Below, piece by piece: positions 19,829 through 30,611 of a stretch of DNA of 64,000 bases. The position numbers and the translations under genes are program-made. Source of the DNA: Candidatus Kuenenia stuttgartensis. GTDB taxonomy: Bacteria; Planctomycetota; GCA-002687715; CAIWVZ01. The stretch covers positions 37,010 through 101,009 of the forward strand of contig CAMARR010000007.1 in the NCBI GenBank assembly GCA_945860915.1. The letters run 5' to 3'. Within the stretch, counting starts at the first letter, position 1. The number at the start of each line of letters is the position of its first letter. The notes under the pieces are model-generated. The model was not told where the DNA came from. It saw only the letters and a list, made by a program, of their open reading frames with translations, and did no database searches.

Positions 19829-22567
19829 ATGGCAACACCCAAAGTCAGGATCTCTGCGATCGCAAAAGAGCACGGCCTCACCTCCAAGGAGGTGTTGGAA
19901 CTCGCGCAGAGCCTGGGCTTCGAAGCGAAGAGCGCCTCCTCCGGTATTGAGGACTATCAGGCGGTCGAAGTCAAGGCGTATATCCAAGAACGCCTAAAGT
20001 CTCAGACGCCTGCAGCTGCCGCGCCGGTAGCGGTCGAACCGCCATCGGCTCCGCCCATGTCGGCAACCCGCGCCCCAGGCAAGGAATCCCGTACGCCGCC
20101 GCCTTTGATTGAAGTCGAAGTGCCCGCGGAGGTCGATGTCATCGAGGATGTCGCGCCGGAACCCGAGTACGTACCGGAACCTGCAACGGTCGAGCTTGAG
20201 CCCATCGCGGTGCAGCCCGCCACGGAACTCCATCCGATCCCGGCTGCGCCGGCGCCGGTGGCTCCTGCTGCCGAACAGGCCCCAGTTTCTCCACCACCGC
20301 CTCCGATCACCACGGCTCCCCCTGCGCGTCCCGCCGGTCGCACGGTGGTGGCCCGTCCTCTTGGGACTCCATCTACCCCTGCCGCCCGCGCACAGCCACC
20401 GGTTGCAACGCCGCCCCCGGAAGTTCGCGTCACGCGAACCGCGACTGCGAGCCCGATTCGCCCAGGCGACGTTCGTGTGGTGTCGCGAGATCCGATCGCG
20501 CCCGCCCCACGCCGAACAGGCGAGATCCTCGGACGCAAAGAAATCACAGTCACCCGTCCACCCGCCGGTACACCGCCGGGTCGTAGTGCTGCCGGAACTG
20601 GCGGCTCCGGTCTGATCCCAACCCGTATGGAAGGCGGTCGCCGGACGTTCATCATGACCGGACGAGGCCGCACGGGCCCCGGTTTCCCAGGTGGCGGCGG
20701 CTTTGCAGGTCGTGGCGCGCCGAATCAGGGCCCTCCAGGGGCTTCTCGCGGCCACGGATCTCGTGGCCCTGGTGGATCTCGCGAGTCAACTCCAGTCACT
20801 CCCAAGAAGCTCGAGATCGAGCTTCCGATCACCGTCAAGTCTTTCGCCGAGGCGCTCGGAGTCAAGGCCAACGTCCTCATTCAAAAGCTCTTCGTGGAGC
20901 ACAAGCGTGCGGCGAAGATCAACGACATCCTCGATCAAGACACCGTTGAACTTCTCGGTCTCGAGTTCCACTGCGAAATCACCTTCCGTGAGCCGCCGGA
21001 CGTCGAAGCCGAGGCATTTGCGGAGATGGAGAAGGGGTTCGTCGACAATCCGGCTGACCTCACGACGCGCTCTCCGATCGTCACCGTGCTTGGGCATGTT
21101 GACCACGGCAAGACCTCCTTGCTCGACGCGATCCGCACGACCGTCGTTGCCTCGAAGGAACACGGCGGAATCACCCAGCATATCGGCGCAAGCCTGGTCA
21201 AGGTCGGCAATCGCTCGGTTGTTTTCCTTGATACGCCAGGTCACAAGGCCTTCACCGAAATGCGCGCCCGTGGCGCTCAGGTGACGGACGTTGTGGTGTT
21301 GGTGGTCGCGGCCGACGACGGTGTCATGCCTCAGACCAAAGAAGCCATCGCGCACGCTCGTGCAGCGAAGGTGCCGATCGTCGTCGCAATGAACAAATGC
21401 GACCTCCACCAAGCCAACACTCAAAAGGTCAAACAGGAACTCACCAACGAGGGACTGCAGCCTGAAGAATGGGGTGGCGACACAGGCGTCTATGAAGTTT
21501 CAGCCCTCACCAAGCAGGGCATTCCCGAACTTCTTGAGCGTCTTGCCCTCGAAAGCGATGTGCTCGAACTCAAGGCCAACCCGAAGCGCTCTGCCTTCGG
21601 AACTTGTCTCGAGGCAGAACAAAGCCGCGGCGAAGGCAATGCGGCGCGCATCCTCATTCAGAATGGAACCCTCAGGAAGGGCGACATCTTCGTTTGCGGC
21701 GTGGCCTACGGACGCGTCCGCGCGATCAAGGGTGACAGCGGCAAGTTCATTCCTGAGTCAGGGCCGGCAACACCAGTTGAAATCACAGGACTGAACGAGC
21801 TCCCCCGCGCTGGCGACCGCTTCTTCGTTCTCCAGTCTCTCGAAAAAGCCAAGGAAATCGCGGACGCGCGCACACGGCAACTTCGCGAACAGGAATTGGC
21901 AAAGCAGAGCCATGTGTCGCTCGAGAATCTCTTCGAGAAGCTCAAGGGCGACACGCTCAAGATCATCCTCAAAACCGACGTCACAGGTTCGCTCGAAGTT
22001 CTCAAGAAAGAGATCATCGGTCTCGCGCATCCAGAAATTCGCCCCGAAATCATTCACGCGGCGGTCGGTGGCATCACCGAAACCGACGTGACGCTCGCTG
22101 ACGCATCGGATGCGGTCATACTTGGCTTCCACGTTTCTGCCGACCTCGCGTCGCGCCGACTCGCGGAAGAGAAGAAGGTCGAAATTCGGCTCTATCAAGT
22201 CATCTACAAGCTCACCGATGAGCTTCGCGATGCGATGGAAGGCCGGCTTGCGCCGGAGTCTCGCGAAAAGATCACAGGTCGCGTCGAAGTCCGTCAGACT
22301 TGGAAAGTTACACGGCTTGGCGTCATCGCAGGTTGCATGGTCATTCAAGGCGTCATTAAGCGCGCGAGCAAGGTTCGTGTCTCTCGTGGCGGCATCGTCA
22401 TCCACGACGGCACGCTCGCTTCGCTCAAGCGATTCAAGGATGACGCCAAGGAAGTCGTTGAAGGCTTCGATTGCGGCGTCATGATCGAGCGATTCGACAA
22501 CCTCGAACCGAACGACACCATTGAGGCCTACGAAATCGAGTCCATCAAGCGAACGTTCGAGAGCTGA
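19829..22567 (+). CDS. infB: translation initiation factor IF-2
   Basis: 912 aa. Pro/Ala-rich N-terminal region, G-domain GHVDHGKTSLLD, DTPGH, NKCD. Confidence 0.95.
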   Translation: MATPKVRISAIAKEHGLTSKEVLELAQSLGFEAKSASSGIEDYQAVEVKAYIQERLKSQTPAAAAPVAVEPPSAPPMSATRAPGKESRTPPPLIEVEVPAEVDVIEDVAPEPEYVPEPATVELEPIAVQPATELHPIPAAPAPVAPAAEQAPVSPPPPPITTAPPARPAGRTVVARPLGTPSTPAARAQPPVATPPPEVRVTRTATASPIRPGDVRVVSRDPIAPAPRRTGEILGRKEITVTRPPAGTPPGRSAAGTGGSGLIPTRMEGGRRTFIMTGRGRTGPGFPGGGGFAGRGAPNQGPPGASRGHGSRGPGGSRESTPVTPKKLEIELPITVKSFAEALGVKANVLIQKLFVEHKRAAKINDILDQDTVELLGLEFHCEITFREPPDVEAEAFAEMEKGFVDNPADLTTRSPIVTVLGHVDHGKTSLLDAIRTTVVASKEHGGITQHIGASLVKVGNRSVVFLDTPGHKAFTEMRARGAQVTDVVVLVVAADDGVMPQTKEAIAHARAAKVPIVVAMNKCDLHQANTQKVKQELTNEGLQPEEWGGDTGVYEVSALTKQGIPELLERLALESDVLELKANPKRSAFGTCLEAEQSRGEGNAARILIQNGTLRKGDIFVCGVAYGRVRAIKGDSGKFIPESGPATPVEITGLNELPRAGDRFFVLQSLEKAKEIADARTRQLREQELAKQSHVSLENLFEKLKGDTLKIILKTDVTGSLEVLKKEIIGLAHPEIRPEIIHAAVGGITETDVTLADASDAVILGFHVSADLASRRLAEEKKVEIRLYQVIYKLTDELRDAMEGRLAPESREKITGRVEVRQTWKVTRLGVIAGCMVIQGVIKRASKVRVSRGGIVIHDGTLASLKRFKDDAKEVVEGFDCGVMIERFDNLEPNDTIEAYEIESIKRTFES

Positions 22568-22569
22568 TT

Positions 22570-22968
22570 GTGGCCCACGGCGCCGAGAGGATTCAGGAGT
22601 CGATCCGCAAGAAGGTAGCTACCATGCTCCTCCGGGATCTTGCGGATCCCCGTTTGGGCTTCGTCACAATTACTAAGGTGCGCATTTCGGGCGACTTCTC
22701 TCACTGTGAGATTCACTGGTCGTGTCTTGAGGAGGGCGGCGCTCGCAGCCGCACACAACACGCTCTCGAAGCAGCTCGTGGATACGTCCAGCGAGAAGTC
22801 GCTGCGTTCGTACACACCCGCAAAGCGCCACACGTCGAATGGGTTTTCGACGAGTCGATCTCGGGGTCCACACGGGTTGACGCACTCATCAAACAAGCTC
22901 GTGCCGATGACGAAGCGCGCCGCGTGCCCCCCCCAACCGACACCCCGCCTACAACAGAGGGCGGTTGA
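22570..22968 (+). CDS. rbfA: ribosome-binding factor A
   Basis: RbfA pattern (RIQESIRKKVATMLLRDLADPRLGFVTITKVRIS). GTG start 2 nt after the infB stop. Confidence 0.85.
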   Translation: MAHGAERIQESIRKKVATMLLRDLADPRLGFVTITKVRISGDFSHCEIHWSCLEEGGARSRTQHALEAARGYVQREVAAFVHTRKAPHVEWVFDESISGSTRVDALIKQARADDEARRVPPPTDTPPTTEGG

Positions 22969-23731
22969 TTTCGGCGGAGAACGGCCCATACAGCGATGGA
23001 TTTGCAGCGACGATTGTCCCGCCCATCAGCCAGTCATCGCCTCCCTTGAAATCTGTAACGTACCCGCCGGCTTCCATGACAATGAGCCCGCCCGCAGCAA
23101 CGTCCCATGGGGACAGATGCAGCTCCCAGAATCCGTCGTAGCGTCCATCCGCGACGTAGCATAGATCGAGCGCAGCTGACCCTAACCGTCGCAACCCTCT
23201 GACCTGGCGCGCCAAGTTCACGAAGTGTTGCAGGTTGTCGTCGTCCTTCTGCTCCATCCGATAATGGAATCCGGTTGCGAGGAGTGCCTCTTTCAGTTCG
23301 TGAGTTGTAGACACGCGCAATCGAGTTTTTCCGAGATACGCGCCGTTGCCCGCAACCGCCGTGAAGCACTCCCCCATGATTGGGTTGAACACACAGGCTG
23401 CGCTCGGCTTGCGGTTCTCCCAGTAAGCAAGCGAGACGGCAACGTGAGGAATTCGGTGAACGAAGTTTGTAGTCCCATCAAGTGGATCGAGAATCCACAA
23501 ACGATCGGTCATGGCTTGTTCAGAGAGAGTTTCTTCAGCGAGGATCGACTCGCCTGGAAATGCAGCGCGGATTCGTTCGATGACGAGCGCCTCCGCCTCG
23601 CGATCCGCCACGGTGACAAGGTCCCTCACCCCTTTGCGACCAACCTCGGTGAGCCGCCCGTAGTGGCGAATAATGACCTCGCCGGCTTCGCGCGCAACGT
23701 CTTCGAGAAATCGGATCCTGTCAGACCCCAT
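22949..23731 (-). CDS. inositol monophosphatase family protein (SuhB-like)
   Basis: IMPase motifs WILDPLDGTTNF and WDVAAG. Start taken at MGSDRIRFLEDV. Confidence 0.8.
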   Translation of the reverse strand: MGSDRIRFLEDVAREAGEVIIRHYGRLTEVGRKGVRDLVTVADREAEALVIERIRAAFPGESILAEETLSEQAMTDRLWILDPLDGTTNFVHRIPHVAVSLAYWENRKPSAACVFNPIMGECFTAVAGNGAYLGKTRLRVSTTHELKEALLATGFHYRMEQKDDDNLQHFVNLARQVRGLRRLGSAALDLCYVADGRYDGFWELHLSPWDVAAGGLIVMEAGGYVTDFKGGDDWLMGGTIVAANPSLYGPFSAEINRPLL

Positions 23732-23733
23732 CA

Positions 23734-25083
23734 TCAGCCTCCACCCTCTTCGCGCATTCGACGGCGCAAGTCGATCCACCAAGCCATGCGCTTCGCCACT
23801 TCCTTTTCGTGCCCAAATGGCGACGGCTGGTACCACGTCTGACTCGAAAGTCTGTCTGGAAGGTAGGTCTGCTCCGACACGGCATTCGGCAACTCGTGAG
23901 GGTACTGGTAGCCCTCACCGTGCCCCATCGACTTTGCGAGTGCGGTCGGAGCATTACGAAGGTGTGGCGGAACCGGATCGACGGCACCCCGTTGAATATC
24001 TTCACGAATTCTCGTGAGTGCTGTGTACACCGACGCACTCTTGGGTGCGGTAGCGAGGTAGGTGGTTGCGACTGCTAATGCGAGCTCGCCTTCAGGGGTG
24101 CCAAGAAAACGGTAGGCCTCAAGCGCATCCAATGCGACGCGCAAAGCATTCGGATCCGCCAATCCGACATCCTCAGAGGCCGTGCGAACGAGTCGACGTG
24201 CAATGAAGAGCGGATCTTCGCCTCCCTCGAGCATTCTCGCCAGCCAATAGAGGGATGCCTGAGGGTCGCCACCTCGAATTGACTTCTGAAAGGCTGACGC
24301 GAGGTCGTAGTGCGAATCCCCGCGACGATCATGCGCCAACTTCTTGTCAGCGAGGAGCCGCGCCGCCTCCTCAAGCGGAAGTCTACGATCACGACCAAAC
24401 GCCGACGCAGCAACAACAAGCGACTCTAGTCGATTGAGCATCGAACGCACATCACCATGGCTCGTCGCCACCAGACTGGCGAGTGTGATGGCATCAAGTT
24501 CGATGCCTAACTTTCCGAGACCTCGATCCTGATCTTTAAGGGCGTTCATCGCAATGCGCGCCATCACGACATCAGGGACTCCGTGCAGCGGAATCACGGT
24601 ACATCGAGACATGAGGGCCGCGTTCACATGGAAAGACGGATTCTCTGTGGTTGCACCGACGAGCGTAACGAGCCCCGACTCGACGTGCGGCAGAAGCGCA
24701 TCTTGTTGGCTTTTAGAGAAGTGGTGAATTTCATCGACAAAAAGCAAGGCGCGGACACCCGTGCGAAGAAGATGCCGAGCCTCTTCGATGCGCTCTCGTA
24801 ACTCTTTCACCCCTCCGAGCACCGCGGAAAACGGGAGAAAATGCAGCGCGGTCTGGTCGGCGAGTAATCGTGCGACCGTCGTCTTGCCGCAACCAGGCGG
24901 CCCCCAAAGGATGACGGACGGAACACGGCCCGCGTGGAGAAGTGATCGGAGGAGGCTCCCTGGTGCGAGCGCCTCCTGTCCTAGAACTTCGTCGAGCGTG
25001 CCTGGACGCATTCTTTCTGCGAGCGGCGCCGACTCGCGAGGTGGAGATGACTCCGGCGGTAGATCGAACAAGCCTTGGCTCAC
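23734..25083 (-). CDS. rarA: replication-associated recombination protein A (AAA+ ATPase)
   Basis: Walker [10 protein letters not shown], Walker [10 protein letters not shown], MgsA C-terminal domain. Confidence 0.9.
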   Translation of the reverse strand: MSQGLFDLPPESSPPRESAPLAERMRPGTLDEVLGQEALAPGSLLRSLLHAGRVPSVILWGPPGCGKTTVARLLADQTALHFLPFSAVLGGVKELRERIEEARHLLRTGVRALLFVDEIHHFSKSQQDALLPHVESGLVTLVGATTENPSFHVNAALMSRCTVIPLHGVPDVVMARIAMNALKDQDRGLGKLGIELDAITLASLVATSHGDVRSMLNRLESLVVAASAFGRDRRLPLEEAARLLADKKLAHDRRGDSHYDLASAFQKSIRGGDPQASLYWLARMLEGGEDPLFIARRLVRTASEDVGLADPNALRVALDALEAYRFLGTPEGELALAVATTYLATAPKSASVYTALTRIREDIQRGAVDPVPPHLRNAPTALAKSMGHGEGYQYPHELPNAVSEQTYLPDRLSSQTWYQPSPFGHEKEVAKRMAWWIDLRRRMREEGGG

Positions 25084-26528
25084 GAGCCGCTCGCTCCCGC
25101 GATCGCCTGAACGATGTCGTCTTGAAGGCTACCGCCCTTGTTGTCTGCCTCGGGTCCATTGCAAAGGACCGCGAACGGAATCCACTTGTTATCACGGTTT
25201 AGGACATAGCCCGAAAGCGCTTTGACCCCGTTGAGCGTCCCGGTCTTCGCCGCAAGCTTGTTCTTCAGTGCGGGCAGGCGACGTTTCAAGGTGCCATCTT
25301 CGCCAGGCTCCGCCAACATGTCGCGATATGCAGAGAACTCAGGCCTAGAGGCAACGGCTGAAAGTGACTCCCACAGGGCGCGAACCGTGACTCGATTCGA
25401 TCGCGACAGTCCAGAACCGTCCATGATCGAGCACTTGTCTAGATTGACGCCGAGAGCCAAAAGACTCATTCGGACTGCGTGGCCACCGCCGACGAAGGTC
25501 CCTCCGCTTCCCAACGCAGACCCGAGGTGCTTGAAGACCATCTCGGCACGATGGTTCTGGCTCTCTTTGAGCATGGCGGGAAGGACTCGCTCAAGAGGCG
25601 TCGCAATCGTCAGCAGCTCAGTTCCGCCAGATCGCCCGCCTAACGACGGACGCCTTACGGAGCCCGACACAGTAATCCCCTCCTGTTTGAGGGCAAGCAA
25701 CATGCACCTTCCGAAATGTAGCGTGGGGTCATGGACAGCAACCTCATGGATTTGTGGTGCCGCGCCAAAGATCCCGCCCTTCACTGTGATGTCGTTTGTG
25801 CCAATCGCACGATCAAACGTCACACCGGCGTCCTGTCGCTTACTGACGACGCGCAGATTGACTTGAAGAAACTTCACCGTTCCCACGTCCGGCACTGCCC
25901 CTACCTTCGGGGGGCCACCATCCTTCGACGGTGTCAGCACAATGCGGGATAGACCCTCGTCGATCGAGAGCGCCGCCACGCCGGCGAGGTATGACGTCGT
26001 AGGGAGAGCCTTCGGCCAATCCGGCCCCGTGAAGTCCTGATCAAATGCGCTGTCGTCGACCAGCAGATCACCATCGATCTGATGAACACCCAAACCTCGC
26101 AGACGTTCTGCGATGATTCGGAATCCGGCCAACGTTTCGCCATGATCCCGCAAGCCAAACGAAGGATCCCCGTCCCCGATGACGCGCAATGAGCCCTTCA
26201 ACACGCCCTGAGCAACAGGCCCCTCCGCGATGATCCTCGTAAGAAACTCATGTTTCAGTCCAAGCCGGGTCACCGCCGCAATCGAAGTGAGGACCTTTTG
26301 GTTGCTCGCCGGTACCATTCCACCGATGTCACCGTGAAGCAGCGAAGGCACCGCCCCCGGTTCGCCGTAGGCAACTCCAACTTGCATCTTCGAAGTCGTC
26401 GCGGTATCGACAAGTTTCTTGATACGTGCTGCGAGCGCAACTCGTCCGTCCTGGGCACTGATCGACGTTGCCAGGATGAAAGCTGCGATCCACACGGCGC
26501 CGCACCGCGCGCGTGAAGCCGATGTCAT
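25080..26528 (-). CDS. dacB: D-alanyl-D-alanine carboxypeptidase/endopeptidase (PBP4, peptidase S13)
   Basis: Signal peptide and SxxK active-site motif (PASNQKVLT). S13 fold, about 480 aa. Confidence 0.85.
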   Translation of the reverse strand: MTSASRARCGAVWIAAFILATSISAQDGRVALAARIKKLVDTATTSKMQVGVAYGEPGAVPSLLHGDIGGMVPASNQKVLTSIAAVTRLGLKHEFLTRIIAEGPVAQGVLKGSLRVIGDGDPSFGLRDHGETLAGFRIIAERLRGLGVHQIDGDLLVDDSAFDQDFTGPDWPKALPTTSYLAGVAALSIDEGLSRIVLTPSKDGGPPKVGAVPDVGTVKFLQVNLRVVSKRQDAGVTFDRAIGTNDITVKGGIFGAAPQIHEVAVHDPTLHFGRCMLLALKQEGITVSGSVRRPSLGGRSGGTELLTIATPLERVLPAMLKESQNHRAEMVFKHLGSALGSGGTFVGGGHAVRMSLLALGVNLDKCSIMDGSGLSRSNRVTVRALWESLSAVASRPEFSAYRDMLAEPGEDGTLKRRLPALKNKLAAKTGTLNGVKALSGYVLNRDNKWIPFAVLCNGPEADNKGGSLQDDIVQAIAGASGS

Positions 26529-26541
26529 GACGTTCCCCTTA

Positions 26542-27537
26542 TCAGTCGCCGTAGCCCGACGGATGAGCCTTGTGCCAGTGCCATGCGGTCTCAAGAATCG
26601 TCTTGAGATCGCCAAATCGTTGTTTCCAACCTAGGACATCTTGAGCCCGTCGGCACTGGCCGACAAGACGGGCAGGGTCGCCTTCGCGGCGTGCGCCAAG
26701 TTCGTAGGCGACCTTCTTCCCGGTCACGACCTCCGCCTCACGGATGACATCGAGCACGGAGTATCCCGCCCCGTTCCCGAGATTAAATGCCGTGCTCTCG
26801 CCACCTCGGTCGAGGTAATTCATCGCGAGCCGATGAGCTTCCGCAAGATCCAGAATATGGATGTAGTCTCTAATACACGTCCCATCCGGCGTCGGATAGT
26901 CATTACCATAAACCATGAGGCCCTTGCGCGTACCGTTCGCGACTTGAAGGACGATCGGAATCAAATGTGTTTCCGGGTCATGGTCTTCACCAATTTTTCC
27001 GTCAGGGTGCGCACCGGCTGCGTTAAAATAGCGAAGCGCGACATAACGTAGCCCATAGGCATGTGCAAAGTCGGCGAGCATTCGCTCCACCATCAGCTTG
27101 GTCCATCCATAGGGATTGATGGGACTTTGCGGATGCGTTTCGTCCATGTAATCCTGGACCGGATTCCCATAGGTGGCGCATGTCGACGAGAAGATAAATG
27201 TCTTCACTCCTGCCTCGCGCATCGCTGAGAGGAGTTCGAGCGTCGTGGCTACATTGTTGCGGTAATAGGCCTCGGGGTCTTTTACCGACACTCCGACATA
27301 GCAGGACGCGGCGAAGTGGAACACCGCGCGCACCTTGCGTTCGCGCATGACTTCGACGAGGCGGCTGCGGTCGGAAAGTTCGCCTTCAACAAACGGCGCG
27401 TCGAGCACCGCACCACGATGGCCTTCCGACAAGTTGTCGTAAGCAAACGCGTCGATCCCGTGTTCACGCAGATGTCGGAGGCAATGGCTTCCGATGTAAC
27501 CCGCGCCGCCTGCGACCATGATGGATCCGTCTGTCAC
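26542..27537 (-). CDS. galE: UDP-glucose 4-epimerase
   Basis: Rossmann GGAGYIGSH and the YGxxK catalytic pair context. Typical GalE length. Confidence 0.9.
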   Translation of the reverse strand: MTDGSIMVAGGAGYIGSHCLRHLREHGIDAFAYDNLSEGHRGAVLDAPFVEGELSDRSRLVEVMRERKVRAVFHFAASCYVGVSVKDPEAYYRNNVATTLELLSAMREAGVKTFIFSSTCATYGNPVQDYMDETHPQSPINPYGWTKLMVERMLADFAHAYGLRYVALRYFNAAGAHPDGKIGEDHDPETHLIPIVLQVANGTRKGLMVYGNDYPTPDGTCIRDYIHILDLAEAHRLAMNYLDRGGESTAFNLGNGAGYSVLDVIREAEVVTGKKVAYELGARREGDPARLVGQCRRAQDVLGWKQRFGDLKTILETAWHWHKAHPSGYGD

Positions 27538-29024
27538 CTGCCATTCTCCTTGTTCTCAAACTTCCGGTAACGGTCACGGTTTGCTTCGTACCAGGTCTTC
27601 CATGCCAGTCTAGTCTTCACCATCATTTCAATCGTCAATGGTTGGGTAAGAACAGCATCTACCATCGCGGGTGTTGAGACGACCAATGCCTGATGCGCCT
27701 CGCGGAAAACGTAGGGGTCAGATTCGTCGATGGCCCGCATGAGATGTGGCACTGCCGATGGCTCTCGGGCTTCGCCCAAAGCACGGACGGCAAATGCCCT
27801 TACGTTGCGATCCTTGTCGTCGATGAACAGTGCGAGCAGCGGGACTAATTCGCCAATGGCCGGACCATACCTATCGACCAAAGTTCGAATGGCGAGAGTC
27901 CTGACCTTTCCACTTGGGTTCTTCAGACTTCGGAGAAGCGTCTTGTGCACGTCCTCATCGATTTGCGTGTAGGCCGCCAAGACTCGGATAGCCTCAAGGC
28001 ATCGCTCCTCTTCCGTAGAATTCAGAAGAATATCGCACCATTCACGAGGAGTCTTCGCCTTGGGATTCCGCTTCTGCCTAGAAGGCCGGTCGCGAAGTTC
28101 GCTCGCATGGCGCAGAAGGTCCTCGCTGTCGGATGCTGCGCCCGCCGGCGCGAGCTCGGCAGCCTTTTCGAAAGAACTCGCAGCCGACGCATTCTCGCCC
28201 ATTCTCTCCAGGACTTCACCAAGCGCGATGTGTAACGTGTAGTCTTTAGAATTTGCAGACAATAGTTGGTCGTAGATTGCCTTTGCTCGATCTAGGCGGT
28301 CGCCCTTGCGGCACGCGAATCCGAGGAGGCGGAGCGCTTCCTCGTTCCCTGGACGAAGCTCAACCGCCTTGTCGAATGCTGCAATGGCATCGGAGTACTT
28401 CGTCCGAAATGCCTCTAGTTTTCCGAGCGTGATCCAGGCCGAGGCCTCTTCCGGGCGGGCAACGACCAATTTGCGGAGCAATGGTTCCGCTTCGCCGGCC
28501 CTGCCGATGCGCATGAGGACTCCAGCGTACGGCTCGTAGGAGCGCCAGAAATCAGGGTTGAGATCCAACGCTCGGCGATAAGCCTTCGCCGCATCCTCAT
28601 GCCGTTCGCTTGTAGCAAGGCATGTCGCAAGGCCGTGGTGGGCCCATGGCAGGAAAGGATCGACGCGCAATGCCGCTTCGAATCGTGTCCGCGCTTCATC
28701 AACCCGGCCGGCGAGCCCGAGCGCGCGACCAAGAAGGTAAAGCGAGGTCCCCGACTCCTTGACTTCAACCCGATTTTCGTAAAAGGCAATGGACTTGTTG
28801 AGTTCGGCTTCGCCACGCCCGCGTGCAAGGTCTTGTGCCGCGATCCCGTCTTCAACCTCCCGGTTCTGAGCGGGCCAACGTTGTTTCGCGCGCGAGAGGT
28901 CTTCGGAACCTTGGATTGGCCCGCCTAATTCTCTGAGCGTGTCCTCGCGCAGCCGCGACGGATCACTCTGGGCTGTCAGACTCGTGGCGACGATCCAAGA
29001 GACTATGGCGACGCGAAGCTTCAT
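27534..29024 (-). CDS. secreted TPR-repeat / HEAT-repeat protein (paralog A)
   Basis: Signal peptide, multiple TPR units, C-terminal HEAT/PBS-lyase-like repeats and a W-rich tail (AWKTWYEANRDRYRKF). Confidence 0.7.
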   Translation of the reverse strand: MKLRVAIVSWIVATSLTAQSDPSRLREDTLRELGGPIQGSEDLSRAKQRWPAQNREVEDGIAAQDLARGRGEAELNKSIAFYENRVEVKESGTSLYLLGRALGLAGRVDEARTRFEAALRVDPFLPWAHHGLATCLATSERHEDAAKAYRRALDLNPDFWRSYEPYAGVLMRIGRAGEAEPLLRKLVVARPEEASAWITLGKLEAFRTKYSDAIAAFDKAVELRPGNEEALRLLGFACRKGDRLDRAKAIYDQLLSANSKDYTLHIALGEVLERMGENASAASSFEKAAELAPAGAASDSEDLLRHASELRDRPSRQKRNPKAKTPREWCDILLNSTEEERCLEAIRVLAAYTQIDEDVHKTLLRSLKNPSGKVRTLAIRTLVDRYGPAIGELVPLLALFIDDKDRNVRAFAVRALGEAREPSAVPHLMRAIDESDPYVFREAHQALVVSTPAMVDAVLTQPLTIEMMVKTRLAWKTWYEANRDRYRKFENKENGR

Positions 29025-29108
29025 GCGGGAACTCCCCGAGCCTGACGACGCGTAGAAGCAGGCAGTGCCTAAGTTTAGCAGTCACCGAACACTGCGAGAA
29101 GCGAGGCG

Positions 29109-30518
29109 CTAGCGGAGGAATCGCCGGTAGCGATCAGAGTTCTCTGTCCACCATGCGTCCCATTCCTTGGCTATGCGTGTCATGGCCGTCCCCTCTTCGG
29201 ATCCCGTGGGCAAGATTGGGGATACGAATGCCGGAGCGCAGCGGTACAGCGCCCCGTGAACCTCGCGGAACACGTAAGGGTCCTTCTCGGCCAATAGTGG
29301 AATCAGCGCCGGCACGACCTCATCGGTTCCGATCTCACCCAGCGCGCGAATTGCCATGGCACGGACGCCACGATCGGCGTCACGCGAGAGGATTCGGAAG
29401 ATGGTGAAGAAGTCCACGGAACCCGGAAAGCGGGTCGATAGTGTTCTGATTGCAAGGACTCGGACCGCTGGAACCGGATGCCGCAATCCGGCAAGCATCG
29501 CCTTGGTTGATTCCGGCACCGAAATAGGCATCGCAGCGAGACGCATGGCGGCTTCCTGAGCGATCTTCGGATCTCTCGTGGTTGCGAGGAGCTCGGCCCA
29601 TTGCGCGGGCGTTCGTCGCATGGCCGACGTGGCATCCTGCTGGGGAAGGGAGTCGAGATCACCCGCCTTGGTGAGGCATGTCTCGCGATCTTCGGGCGAA
29701 GGCGCGAGGTCGGCGGCGGCCCTGAAGCGCTCCGCGGCAGCGCCGTTACGGCCTTGCCATTCCTCCAAATAGGCCAACTGTAAGTGAGCCCGGAAATCCA
29801 ACGGCCGAAGCGCAATTTCCGCCTCAAAAGCCTTGCGAGCCTCGTCGTAACGGCCAGCCCGCCGGCAAGCGATTCCGAAAGCCCGTCGAAGGTTGGAATC
29901 GCCCGGGCGCAGGGCAAGGGCGCGACCATAGGCATCGGCGGACGAGCCGGCCTGCCCAATCAGAAGTCGAAGTTGACCGAGCGCTGCAAATGCGCCCGAA
30001 TCATCCGCTCGAACTTTCACCAAGGACGAGAGCATTCGTTCTGCATCAACAGGCCGACCGGTCTTCAGATAAAGGCCGGACAGCGGCTCAAACGATCTCC
30101 ACCAGGCCGGGTCGAGATGCAATGTCTCTTCGAACAGGGAAATGGCTGCCGCAACTTCGCCCCCGAGGGCTTTGCATGTGGCAATTCCAAAAACGGGCCA
30201 CGGAGATGCGGGCTCGAGACTCCGGGCATCATTGAACCGAACCTCGGCGTCCGCGATTGCACCCGCCAACGCCAAGATTCGCGCATGAAGAACAACATCA
30301 GAGAATGCGCCTGTGGATTGGGCCTTGCTGGCATATTCGGGAATTGCCGCGATGATATGACCCTTACCGTCGTTTCGTAGCTCGTCCTGACGCCCGATTC
30401 CCTTATCGACCGCGATCGCCGCCATCCGCGCCCGTGCCACGAGTTCGGGCGGCGGTGCCGCCCTCTGTCCCAGCAGAAGGGCACAAAACGCGAGGAGTGT
30501 CAGCAGGGTCCTTGGCAT
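29109..30518 (-). CDS. secreted TPR-repeat / HEAT-repeat protein (paralog B)
   Basis: Same architecture as the neighbouring gene, with matching C-terminal tail (WDAWWTENSDRYRRF). Confidence 0.7.
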   Translation of the reverse strand: MPRTLLTLLAFCALLLGQRAAPPPELVARARMAAIAVDKGIGRQDELRNDGKGHIIAAIPEYASKAQSTGAFSDVVLHARILALAGAIADAEVRFNDARSLEPASPWPVFGIATCKALGGEVAAAISLFEETLHLDPAWWRSFEPLSGLYLKTGRPVDAERMLSSLVKVRADDSGAFAALGQLRLLIGQAGSSADAYGRALALRPGDSNLRRAFGIACRRAGRYDEARKAFEAEIALRPLDFRAHLQLAYLEEWQGRNGAAAERFRAAADLAPSPEDRETCLTKAGDLDSLPQQDATSAMRRTPAQWAELLATTRDPKIAQEAAMRLAAMPISVPESTKAMLAGLRHPVPAVRVLAIRTLSTRFPGSVDFFTIFRILSRDADRGVRAMAIRALGEIGTDEVVPALIPLLAEKDPYVFREVHGALYRCAPAFVSPILPTGSEEGTAMTRIAKEWDAWWTENSDRYRRFLR

Positions 30519-30611
30519 CGGAGGGAGGCTAACCGACCCGTAAACCCGCCGAAAGGCGATCGTTCACATGGACGGCGCTTAAGAAGAACGGCGGGCGCGT
30601 CGATAGCCTCC

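Noticed and set aside
19994-20755. 223-253-aa minus-strand ORFs rich in Gly/Ala/Arg opposite the infB N-terminal region
   Set aside because: Mirror image of the Pro/Ala-rich IF-2 linker. No independent coding evidence.
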